Made by a program: the position numbers and the translations under genes. From IMG/VR virus record IMGVR_UViG_3300005512_000068, positions 1 through 45,853 of that record: DNA of 45,853 nt; one strand, written 5' to 3'. The notes under the pieces are model-generated. The model was not told where the DNA came from, searched no databases, and was given only the letters and a program-made list of their open reading frames with translations. This stretch comes from a virus (Duplodnaviria; Caudoviricetes). Shown here piece by piece: positions 1-6,864 of the stretch; the stretch's first letter is position 1, and each line of letters begins with the position of its first letter.

Positions 1-123
1 ATGGTTACCTCTCCGCTTCAATACTGTTGACGGTGAGGATTACGGTCGTGGCAGAGTCGAAGAGTTTCTAGGTGATCTCAAATCCCTAGAGGCACTGTCT
101 CAAGCACTGGTAGAAGGCTCAGC
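1..123. repeat. Terminal duplication, identical to 45731-45853 (circular assembly overlap)
   Basis: atggttacct...tagaaggctcagc is present at both ends and lies in the middle of the portal ORF. Confidence 0.95.
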
Positions 124-904
124 CGCCGCCGCAAAGGTGGTCTTTGTTGTGTCTCCCTCCAGTACAACCAAGCCAAAGACCATTGCCGACGCTGGTAATG
201 GTGCCATAGTTCAGGGTAGACCTGATGACATTGGTGTCATTCAAGTTGGTAAGACTGCAGATTTTAGAACTGCAGCTGAGATGGCAAACCAGTTAGGCCA
301 ACGAATCAATGATGGATTCTTGGTGCTACAGATCAGGCAAAGTGAAAGGACTACCGCTGAGGAGGTACGCCTAACACAGCTTGAACTTGAACAAGGGTTA
401 GGTGGGATGTTCTCACTGCTAACCGTAGAGTTCTTGGTTCCTTATCTCAACAGGATTATGTTGGTGCTACAACGTAGCAAGCAACTTCCCACCCTACCAA
501 AATCATTGGTAAGACCAACGATCGTTGCTGGTGTAAACGCACTGGGACGTGGGCAAGATAATCAATCGCTCACTCAGTTCATCACTACCATCGCTCAGAC
601 GATGGGACCTGAAACGATCATGCGATTCATCAACCCAGATGAGTATTTGAAACGACTAGCAGCAGCTCAAGGTATTGATGTGCTTAACCTCATCAAGTCT
701 AAAGAAGAGCTGGAGGAAGATATGGGTCAGCAGCAAGAGCAGCAGACACAGATGGAACTCCTTAAGCAAGCTGGTCAGTTCGCTAACTCTCCGATGATGG
801 ATCCAGAAAAGAACCCTGAAGGAATAGAGAGTCTGCAAGATGCGGGAGATGAATTATCAGAAGCCGACCAAGACGCCGCGCAAGGCGGTGGCGAAGAAGG
901 CTGA
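2..904 (+). CDS. Portal / head-tail connector (T7 gp8-like), C-terminal part; continues from 45009 across the junction
   Basis: Frame from nt 2 reads WLPLRFNTVDGEDYGRG, then ERTTAEEVR and ALGRGQD, typical T7-like portal motifs; joined ORF about 541 aa. Confidence 0.93.
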   Translation, partial: WLPLRFNTVDGEDYGRGRVEEFLGDLKSLEALSQALVEGSAAAAKVVFVVSPSSTTKPKTIADAGNGAIVQGRPDDIGVIQVGKTADFRTAAEMANQLGQRINDGFLVLQIRQSERTTAEEVRLTQLELEQGLGGMFSLLTVEFLVPYLNRIMLVLQRSKQLPTLPKSLVRPTIVAGVNALGRGQDNQSLTQFITTIAQTMGPETIMRFINPDEYLKRLAAAQGIDVLNLIKSKEELEEDMGQQQEQQTQMELLKQAGQFANSPMMDPEKNPEGIESLQDAGDELSEADQDAAQGGGEEG

Positions 905-1067
905 ACCTAAAACTGAAGAACAACGTCAAGAAGACAAACAAGTTGGCGTGATGAAATTGCAAGAGAAGTGTGCACCACTGATCGGTCGTAGTGCTAACTA
1001 TGTCGAACGTGTTGGACTTGGTACCTTGCGTGTCATCACAGCTGATGGCTTGGAGGATAATAAATAA
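840..1067 (+). CDS. Hypothetical protein between portal and scaffold
   Basis: 75-aa ORF whose stop overlaps the scaffold ATG (TAATG); true start uncertain. Confidence 0.6.
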   Translation: MREMNYQKPTKTPRKAVAKKAEPKTEEQRQEDKQVGVMKLQEKCAPLIGRSANYVERVGLGTLRVITADGLEDNK

Positions 1068-1870
1068 TGACTACCATGACCTACGATCCCACTCCAGCGG
1101 ATCAACCTGAGTTCTCAGCTGATGAACTCGATTCACTGCAAGTAGGTGAGAACCTGCAGCAAGCTGAAGAACAGCTGTTAGCTGGTAAGTATGAAAATGC
1201 CCAACAACTAGAGAAGGCATACCTTGAACTACAACAAAAGCTCGGCCGCAATGAAGGTGACAGCGATGCCGAAGTCGATGATGCTGAAGATAACTCCGAA
1301 GCGGAAGAGACGGAAGAAGAAGAACTGTCACCAGTGCAGCAAGTAATCCAAGAGGCTTGGGCTGAGTACGATGAAAATGGTGAGCTGAATCCTGAAACTA
1401 TGGAGCAGTTCAAATCCATGAACTCAACTGAATTAGTTGAGGCGTACATGGCTATGCAAGATGCAGCAGATAACAGTCCAGAGATTGGTGGTGAGGTTCG
1501 TGACCTTAGTAATGAGGAAGTGAATCAGATCGTCAACTTTGCAGGTGGTGAAGAGCAGTACTCTGCTATCACTGAATGGGCTGGAGAGAATATGGCTGAG
1601 GCTTATGTCGATGCCTTCGATGCTGTTGTGGATAGTGGTGATCCTGCTGCTATCCAACTTGCACTTGCTGGACTTATGGCTACTTACTACGAACAGAATG
1701 GATATGAAGGTCGGATGTACACCGGCAAGGGTGCAGTTGATCAAGGCGCTCCTGTGTTCCGTTCACAGGCAGAAGTCGTGGCAGCTATGAATGACCCACG
1801 GTATGACAGCGATCCTGCATATCGAAACGATGTGTTTGAAGCACTCGATCGATCGAACATTGATTTTTAA
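1067..1870 (+). CDS. Capsid assembly scaffolding protein (T7 gp9-like)
   Basis: Very acidic; LAGKYENAQQLEKAYLELQQKLG, AGGEEQY..ITEWA and FRSQAEVVAAMNDPRYDSDPAYR motifs; follows portal. Confidence 0.92.
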   Translation: MTTMTYDPTPADQPEFSADELDSLQVGENLQQAEEQLLAGKYENAQQLEKAYLELQQKLGRNEGDSDAEVDDAEDNSEAEETEEEELSPVQQVIQEAWAEYDENGELNPETMEQFKSMNSTELVEAYMAMQDAADNSPEIGGEVRDLSNEEVNQIVNFAGGEEQYSAITEWAGENMAEAYVDAFDAVVDSGDPAAIQLALAGLMATYYEQNGYEGRMYTGKGAVDQGAPVFRSQAEVVAAMNDPRYDSDPAYRNDVFEALDRSNIDF

Positions 1871-1877
1871 TTATTAA

Positions 1878-2933
1878 ATGGCAGCTACTATCACACTACC
1901 AAAGCAGTCCCTTTGGGATCGCTATGTTGAGTGGGTTAGCAGCACTGAGAACCGGCTCTATGTAGGACACTTCGGTGTCCTCATGGTGCCTTGTCTACTG
2001 GCAGCTACCACTTGTTTTATCGTTGCATTTATTGCAGCGCCTCCCGTTGATATTGACGGTATCCGTGAGCCAGTGTCTGGTTCTCTACTCTATGGAAACA
2101 ACATCATCTCTGGAGCAGTCGTCCCAAGCTCCAATGCAATCGGACTACATTTCTATCCCATCTGGGAAGCAGCCAGTCTCGACGAATGGCTATACAACGG
2201 TGGACCCTACCAGCTTGTTGTCTTCCACTTCCTTATCGGTGTCTTCGCTTACATGGGACGGGAATGGGAACTTAGTTATCGACTCGGAATGAGGCCCTGG
2301 ATTTGTGTTGCATACTCAGCTCCAGTCGCCGCCGCCTCTGCGGTCTTCCTTGTATATCCTTTTGGGCAAGGTAGTTTTTCTGATGGTATGCCTCTCGGCA
2401 TATCTGGAACGTTCAACTACATGTTGGTATTCCAAGCTGAACACAATATTCTCATGCATCCTTTCCATATGTTGGGAGTTGCTGGTGTATTTGGTGGCAG
2501 TTTGTTTAGTGCTATGCACGGATCTCTGGTCACAAGCTCGTTGGTTCGTGAAACTACTGAAGCTGAATCTCATAACAAAGGTTATAAGTTCGGCCAAGAA
2601 GAAGAGACGTACAACATCGTAGCCGCACATGGTTACTTCGGACGTTTGATCTTTCAATATGCGTCTTTTAATAATTCACGTAGCCTTCACTTTTTCCTGG
2701 CTGCTTGGCCTGTGGTTGGCATCTGGTTCACTGCGCTTGGTGTCAGCACCATGGCATTTAACCTGAATGGATTTAACTTTAACCAATCTATCCTTGATAG
2801 TAGCAATCGTGTCATTCCTACTTGGGCTGACATCTTGAACCGTCAAGGGTTGGGAATGGAAGTAATGCATGAACGTAATGCTCACAACTTCCCACTTGAT
2901 CTGGCGACACATGAAGCGCCAGCTATCGCTTAA
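1878..2933 (+). CDS. psbA: Photosystem II reaction centre protein D1
   Basis: Unambiguous D1 sequence ([40 protein letters not shown]); Mn-cluster ligands and TyrZ retained. Confidence 0.99.
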   Translation: MAATITLPKQSLWDRYVEWVSSTENRLYVGHFGVLMVPCLLAATTCFIVAFIAAPPVDIDGIREPVSGSLLYGNNIISGAVVPSSNAIGLHFYPIWEAASLDEWLYNGGPYQLVVFHFLIGVFAYMGREWELSYRLGMRPWICVAYSAPVAAASAVFLVYPFGQGSFSDGMPLGISGTFNYMLVFQAEHNILMHPFHMLGVAGVFGGSLFSAMHGSLVTSSLVRETTEAESHNKGYKFGQEEETYNIVAAHGYFGRLIFQYASFNNSRSLHFFLAAWPVVGIWFTALGVSTMAFNLNGFNFNQSILDSSNRVIPTWADILNRQGLGMEVMHERNAHNFPLDLATHEAPAIA

Positions 2934-2954
2934 TTATACAAATTCTTTAATTAC

Positions 2955-3329
2955 ATGTTTAACAAAATCGCTCTTTCCACCCTCGCGGTGTCTTGTTTTG
3001 CTGCTCCCGCTATCGCCGGTCCTTATGTGAACGTCGAAGCTAAGCAGAAATGGTCTGGTGAAGATTACAAATCTGCCACTCTGGAGACGCACGTGGGCTA
3101 TGAAAACAAGCTCGGTGACTCTGCCTCTTGGTATATCCAAGCTGGCCCACAAATCAACTTCCCTGACAACGCTGAGCAAGTCGGCGCTGCCTCTGGCAAA
3201 ACTGGTTTGAAGTTCAAAGTCACTAAGCGCCTGAGTGCATACGGTGAAATCTCTGCTGCTACCAAAGAAGGTATGGAGCTGGAAGGTCTCGGCGTTGGTA
3301 CTAAGGCTGGTCTTAAGTACAAATTCTAA
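2955..3329 (+). CDS. Small secreted outer-membrane beta-barrel-like protein
   Basis: Signal peptide ending AIA|G, alternating amphipathic strands, C-terminal GLKYKF beta-signal; resembles the GPYVNVE family of picocyanobacteria and cyanophages as recalled. Confidence 0.75.
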   Translation: MFNKIALSTLAVSCFAAPAIAGPYVNVEAKQKWSGEDYKSATLETHVGYENKLGDSASWYIQAGPQINFPDNAEQVGAASGKTGLKFKVTKRLSAYGEISAATKEGMELEGLGVGTKAGLKYKF

Positions 3330-3341
3330 ACTTTTAATCCC

Positions 3342-3671
3342 ATGGGAATGGCATACAACCCAAAACTTATTAGTGGGCTGGAGATTCTTTATTGTGTACC
3401 CGTCAACGGTGAATCCAACGCAGCTGTACAAGCTGGTGTGTTGAGTGGTGCTACTGCAATTAGTTCTTCTACCACTCCTGCCAATGGTGTTAGCGCACTT
3501 TCTAAACCATTCATTCCTGTGAATGGTCCTGTCGCCTCTGATGGTGACGGTGCTACTGCTAGTGAAACCTTGGCTGGACAGCGTGCTCAGTGCCTGCGGC
3601 TGGTCGATCGTGACCATGACTCCGATGGCACCAATGAGAGTGTTGGTCTTACTGTGTACGCAAATACATGA
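3342..3671 (+). CDS. Hypothetical protein
   Basis: 109-aa ORF in operon context, overlapping the next start (ATGA). Confidence 0.7.
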   Translation: MGMAYNPKLISGLEILYCVPVNGESNAAVQAGVLSGATAISSSTTPANGVSALSKPFIPVNGPVASDGDGATASETLAGQRAQCLRLVDRDHDSDGTNESVGLTVYANT

Positions 3672-3907
3672 TTGAAGCCGGCATAACCTTGGGCGTAGCT
3701 ATCGTCTCTGGTGTCGGCATTCTTTTTACTCGTGTCAATTCCCGTGTGTCTGATCTAGACAAACGTATTGATACTGTAGAACTCCGTATCGCAGAGAAAT
3801 ACGTACCCAAGGTAGAGCTATCACAAGCTCTATCTCGTGTAGAACAACACATGGTACGCATTGAGAATAAGCTCGATGCAATTATTGGCAAGAACCTTCA
3901 TTGCTGA
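3668..3907 (+). CDS. Small membrane protein (N-terminal TM helix plus coiled coil)
   Basis: IEAGITLGVAIVSGVGILF hydrophobic helix followed by a heptad-like RVEQHMVRIENKLDAII region. Confidence 0.75.
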   Translation: MIEAGITLGVAIVSGVGILFTRVNSRVSDLDKRIDTVELRIAEKYVPKVELSQALSRVEQHMVRIENKLDAIIGKNLHC

Positions 3908-3910
3908 TTC

Positions 3911-3975
3911 GTCCGTTCATCTTGCAGCTACGCTGCTTGACGCATGACGCCTAACTATGGAACGGGAGTTAGGTC
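3911..3975 (+). ncRNA. Glutamine-II (Downstream-peptide) riboswitch
   Basis: P1 CCGTTCA/TGGAACGG; P2 GCAGC-TAC-GCTGC; conserved GACGCA and ATGGAACGGG; pseudoknot CCTAACT/AGTTAGG; immediately upstream of a YRG peptide ORF. Confidence 0.85.
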
Positions 3976-3989
3976 ATTGGAGAAATCCC

Positions 3990-4040
3990 ATGAAGGTGAA
4001 ACTCGTCTATCGTGGTGTGCCTTATACGCGCACTCGCTAA
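3990..4040 (+). CDS. DUF4278-like YRG peptide MKVKLVYRGVPYTRTR (16 aa; not in ORF track)
   Basis: GGAG RBS at 3979, ATG at 3990, TAA ending 4040; L-x-YRGV-x-Y motif typical of peptides following Downstream-peptide RNAs. Confidence 0.8.
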   Translation: MKVKLVYRGVPYTRTR

Positions 4041-4080
4041 ATCTGGTGATTAATGGGAGGTTCGATTCCTCCCTTAGCCA
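4036..4080 (+). other. tRNA-like minihelix (T-arm plus short acceptor-like stem); not a full tRNA
   Basis: GGGAGG-TTCGATT-CCTCCC T-loop hairpin; GCTAA(4036)/TTAGC(4074) pairing; ends ..GCCA. Confidence 0.55.
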
Positions 4081-4170
4081 TTTGGCATTGGCCCGCTGAG
4101 GCGGACACCCTTTGCCGAACCGGTTTGGTAAAGACCATAATTTTTTACCGAAAAAATCTAGCGCTAGGAT
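4081..4170 (+). promoter_or_regulatory. Structured 5' leader of the major capsid gene
   Basis: TTTGGCA/TGCCGAA stem enclosing CCGC-TGAG-GCGG; TTTGGTAAAG/TTTTACCGAA stem; CTAGCGCTAG palindrome. Confidence 0.5.
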
Positions 4171-4200
4171 CAGTTAAATACTTAGAACTATCCTTTAGAA

Positions 4201-5244
4201 ATGGCTAACGCTACTACTACTCCTTTTGGTTCGCTTAACTCGAACCCATCTGCTCTCGAACTGTCTACTTCTTATAACGACGGGAGTACTACAGGTAAGT
4301 ACGCAACTTATCTGAAACTATTTAGTGGTGAAGTTTTCAAAGCATATGAGTCCTCTTGCATTGCTAAGGGCACTGTGCAGAACCGCACTCTTACCAACGG
4401 TAAGTCTATGCAGTTCATCTTCACCGGCCGTATGACGGCTGACTACCACACTCCTGGCACTCCTATCCTGGGTGATGGTAATCCTCCTCTGGCTGAGAAG
4501 ACCATTGTGATGGATGACCTGTTGGTCTCCAGCGCTTTTGTCTACTCGCTCGATGAAACTCTTGCTCACTACGATCTGCGTGGTGAGATCTCCAAGAAGA
4601 TTGGTTATGCACTCGCTGAGGCATACGACAAGAAGATCTTCCGTACCATCGCTAAGGCTGCTCGCGAAGCTCACCCTGTGACTGCTTCTCCTGGTCCTGA
4701 GCCCGGTGGTTCGATCATCCGCTTGGGTGCTAACAACGAGTACAACGCTCAGTCCCTGGTTGACGCCTTCTTCGAAGCTGCTGCAATCCTGGATGAAAAG
4801 AATGTGCCTCGCGAAGGTCGCTTCGCTGTGCTGTCTCCGCGTCAGTACTACGCACTTGTTTCCCAGGTTGATAGCAACATCCTCAACCGTGACTTCGGTG
4901 CCACCTCTGGCAGCCTGAACTCTGGTGAAGGTCTGTATGAGATCGCTGGTATCTCCATCAAGCGCTCTAACAACTTGCCCTTCATGCTCGACGGTACCAG
5001 CTCTGGTTCTGTTGCACAGGTGAGTGGTGAGAACAATGATTACTCTGGTGACTTCCGCACCCACGCTGGTCTGATTTACCAGAAGGATGCTGCTGGTGTG
5101 TTGACCGCTATCGGTCCTCAGGTCCAGACCACCGGAAATGACGTTCGTGCAATGTATCAAGGTGATTTGATCATCGGCCGCTTGGCTATGGGTGCTGGCA
5201 CTCTGAATCCTGCTGCTGCAATCGAACTGCAAGCCGCAGCTTGA
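4201..5244 (+). CDS. Major capsid protein (T7 gp10-like)
   Basis: YLKLFSGEV, RTLTNGKSMQFIFTGR, HTPGTPI, GRLAMGAGTLNPAAAIEL motifs; strongly biased codon use. Confidence 0.97.
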   Translation: MANATTTPFGSLNSNPSALELSTSYNDGSTTGKYATYLKLFSGEVFKAYESSCIAKGTVQNRTLTNGKSMQFIFTGRMTADYHTPGTPILGDGNPPLAEKTIVMDDLLVSSAFVYSLDETLAHYDLRGEISKKIGYALAEAYDKKIFRTIAKAAREAHPVTASPGPEPGGSIIRLGANNEYNAQSLVDAFFEAAAILDEKNVPREGRFAVLSPRQYYALVSQVDSNILNRDFGATSGSLNSGEGLYEIAGISIKRSNNLPFMLDGTSSGSVAQVSGENNDYSGDFRTHAGLIYQKDAAGVLTAIGPQVQTTGNDVRAMYQGDLIIGRLAMGAGTLNPAAAIELQAAA

Positions 5245-5258
5245 TCGGAGGTAGATAG

Positions 5259-5654
5259 ATGCCTCAATTTACTAATCCTGGTATTGGGCTGACTAACTCT
5301 CTGACCCAAGATCCTCTGCGCCCAATTGAATTTGGTCGTGGTGGTAAGAGTGCTGCAGAGGCCTACATCAATGAATCATTGGCTGTTGGTGATGCTCTGG
5401 TTATTCGTGAGCACGGTGCTGATTACACCGCTGCTACTGATGTAGCTACTACGAACGTCACTGAAGCAAACAACACCTACCTTGGAGACCTGTCTCCTGG
5501 TGTTGCTTTGTCGGTTGACACTACTGTCGTTGATGGTCGTGTCACTGCCGCAGTTGTTCGCGACCTGCCTACGACTGATTACCGCCGTGGTGATCTGGTA
5601 AGTGTTGATGGAAACACTGCTGGATCTGCCGATTGTATTCTTATGATTCCTTAG
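5259..5654 (+). CDS. Putative capsid-associated structural protein
   Basis: GGAGG RBS; between the capsid gene and terminator; T/V/D/G-rich beta-type composition. Confidence 0.7.
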   Translation: MPQFTNPGIGLTNSLTQDPLRPIEFGRGGKSAAEAYINESLAVGDALVIREHGADYTAATDVATTNVTEANNTYLGDLSPGVALSVDTTVVDGRVTAAVVRDLPTTDYRRGDLVSVDGNTAGSADCILMIP

Positions 5655-5658
5655 AACT

Positions 5659-6153
5659 ATGCCTTCTGCAAAACGATTTTCTCCGGCAGGCACTCAGTTC
5701 AGCAAAGATACTGCCTACTCCGCTACTACCGTGTATTCACTGACTGGTGATGGTAGTGATGGTGATGGCTCTATGCGCTTCGCCTACAACGGCGGAATGG
5801 AAGGCTCTACGCCTCCCAACGCATACTGCCGTGGTGTCGCTGAAGCTGATGCAACGCCTCCGGCTAGCTCTGAAGCAGCGGCTGTGGACACTGTTGTCCA
5901 AGCTGATGTTTCTTCTGACCTGAATCTTCCTGCTTCTACTGCAACTACTGTTGTTTGTCCTACTCGGACTGTTAGCGGTGAGGGTGCTGGTCTTGTTGTT
6001 CGGTTCGCTACTACGACCGGCACAACTCCTCAGAACAACGCCACTGCTGGCAACTACACCATCATTCACCGTGGCAATGGCTACGCTGATAACGATGTTG
6101 TTGAAATTGTCGGCTTCCCTGGCAGCCGTCTGAACATTAACGGCATCCAGTGA
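5659..6153 (+). CDS. Putative capsid-associated structural protein
   Basis: Same transcript position; GxGLVV...GNGYADNDVVEI beta-domain motif of the kind seen in cyanophage structural proteins. Confidence 0.7.
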   Translation: MPSAKRFSPAGTQFSKDTAYSATTVYSLTGDGSDGDGSMRFAYNGGMEGSTPPNAYCRGVAEADATPPASSEAAAVDTVVQADVSSDLNLPASTATTVVCPTRTVSGEGAGLVVRFATTTGTTPQNNATAGNYTIIHRGNGYADNDVVEIVGFPGSRLNINGIQ

Positions 6154-6162
6154 TGCATACCT

Positions 6163-6190
6163 GGGAGGGCTTCGGCTCTCCCTTTTTTTT
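6163..6190 (+). terminator. Intrinsic terminator after the capsid cluster (T7 T-phi position)
   Basis: GGGAGGGC-TTCG-GCTCTCCC followed by T8. Confidence 0.92.
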
Positions 6191-6213
6191 AATCCTTATT
6201 GATAATCAATAGC

Positions 6214-6864
6214 ATGAGTACATTTACACTCGATAGTGACCTGTCCGCAGTCAATTCAATACTTGCTGCTATTGGTCAAGCTCCTACCACGGCTGCTGCG
6301 CTCGATGATGCGTACACCAACCCAGAGCTGGCTCTCATCTACAACCTCCTGAAAGAGACGACAGTAGATGTGAACAGTGAGGAGTGGCACTACAACACTG
6401 AGAAACACAAAGACTTACAACCTACAGATGTAGGTACTGAGAAACACTTCACCATCCCTGCCAGCGTCTTACGGATGGATGTAAGTAATGGACAAACTAC
6501 TCGGACTACCGATGTAGTGATGAAGCAAGGCAAGCTCTACAACAACGAGAAACATACCTACGATGTGAAGCAGTGGGATGTAAGTAGTTCTGATAACTAC
6601 AAGATGTATTTTGACATTGTATACAACTATGCTTTCACTGAAGTACCAGCTATCTTCCAGCGTTATATTACTCTCCGTGCCAGTCAGCGTGCTGCTACAC
6701 AGCTGGTGTCTAATGCTGAACTCACAAAATTACTAGCCGAACAAGTAGGACTAGCACGAGCAGCTTGTATTGAGTTTGACACTAATCAATCTGACGCCAA
6801 CATGTTTGGTTTTAGCGATCAGAACTACACCGCATATCAACCATTTAGGACTCTTATTCGATGA
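6214..6864 (+). CDS. Tail tubular protein A (T7 gp11-like)
   Basis: LSAVNSILAAIGQAP N-terminus, WHYNTE, VPAIFQRYI motifs; ATG at 6214 preferred over 6199. Confidence 0.92.
   Translation: MSTFTLDSDLSAVNSILAAIGQAPTTAAALDDAYTNPELALIYNLLKETTVDVNSEEWHYNTEKHKDLQPTDVGTEKHFTIPASVLRMDVSNGQTTRTTDVVMKQGKLYNNEKHTYDVKQWDVSSSDNYKMYFDIVYNYAFTEVPAIFQRYITLRASQRAATQLVSNAELTKLLAEQVGLARAACIEFDTNQSDANMFGFSDQNYTAYQPFRTLIR

Noticed and set aside
1-123. 123-bp terminal direct repeat as the biological T7-type terminal repeat
   Set aside because: It lies in the middle of the portal ORF; a circular-assembly overlap explains it better, and real ends are expected near 28.7-29.0 kb
4036-4080. Complete tRNA gene upstream of the capsid gene
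   Set aside because: Only 14 nt lie between the acceptor-like strand and T arm, so there is no D or anticodon arm
4318-5232. 304-aa minus-strand ORF antisense to the capsid gene, and the other minus-strand ORFs in the track
   Set aside because: Shadow ORFs of strongly biased + strand genes; no recognisable motifs, and the genome is otherwise unidirectional
5220-5300. T7 gp10B-type frameshift or read-through extension of the capsid protein
   Set aside because: No slippery sequence is visible, read-through hits a stop within about 16 codons, and the next ORF has its own GGAGG RBS
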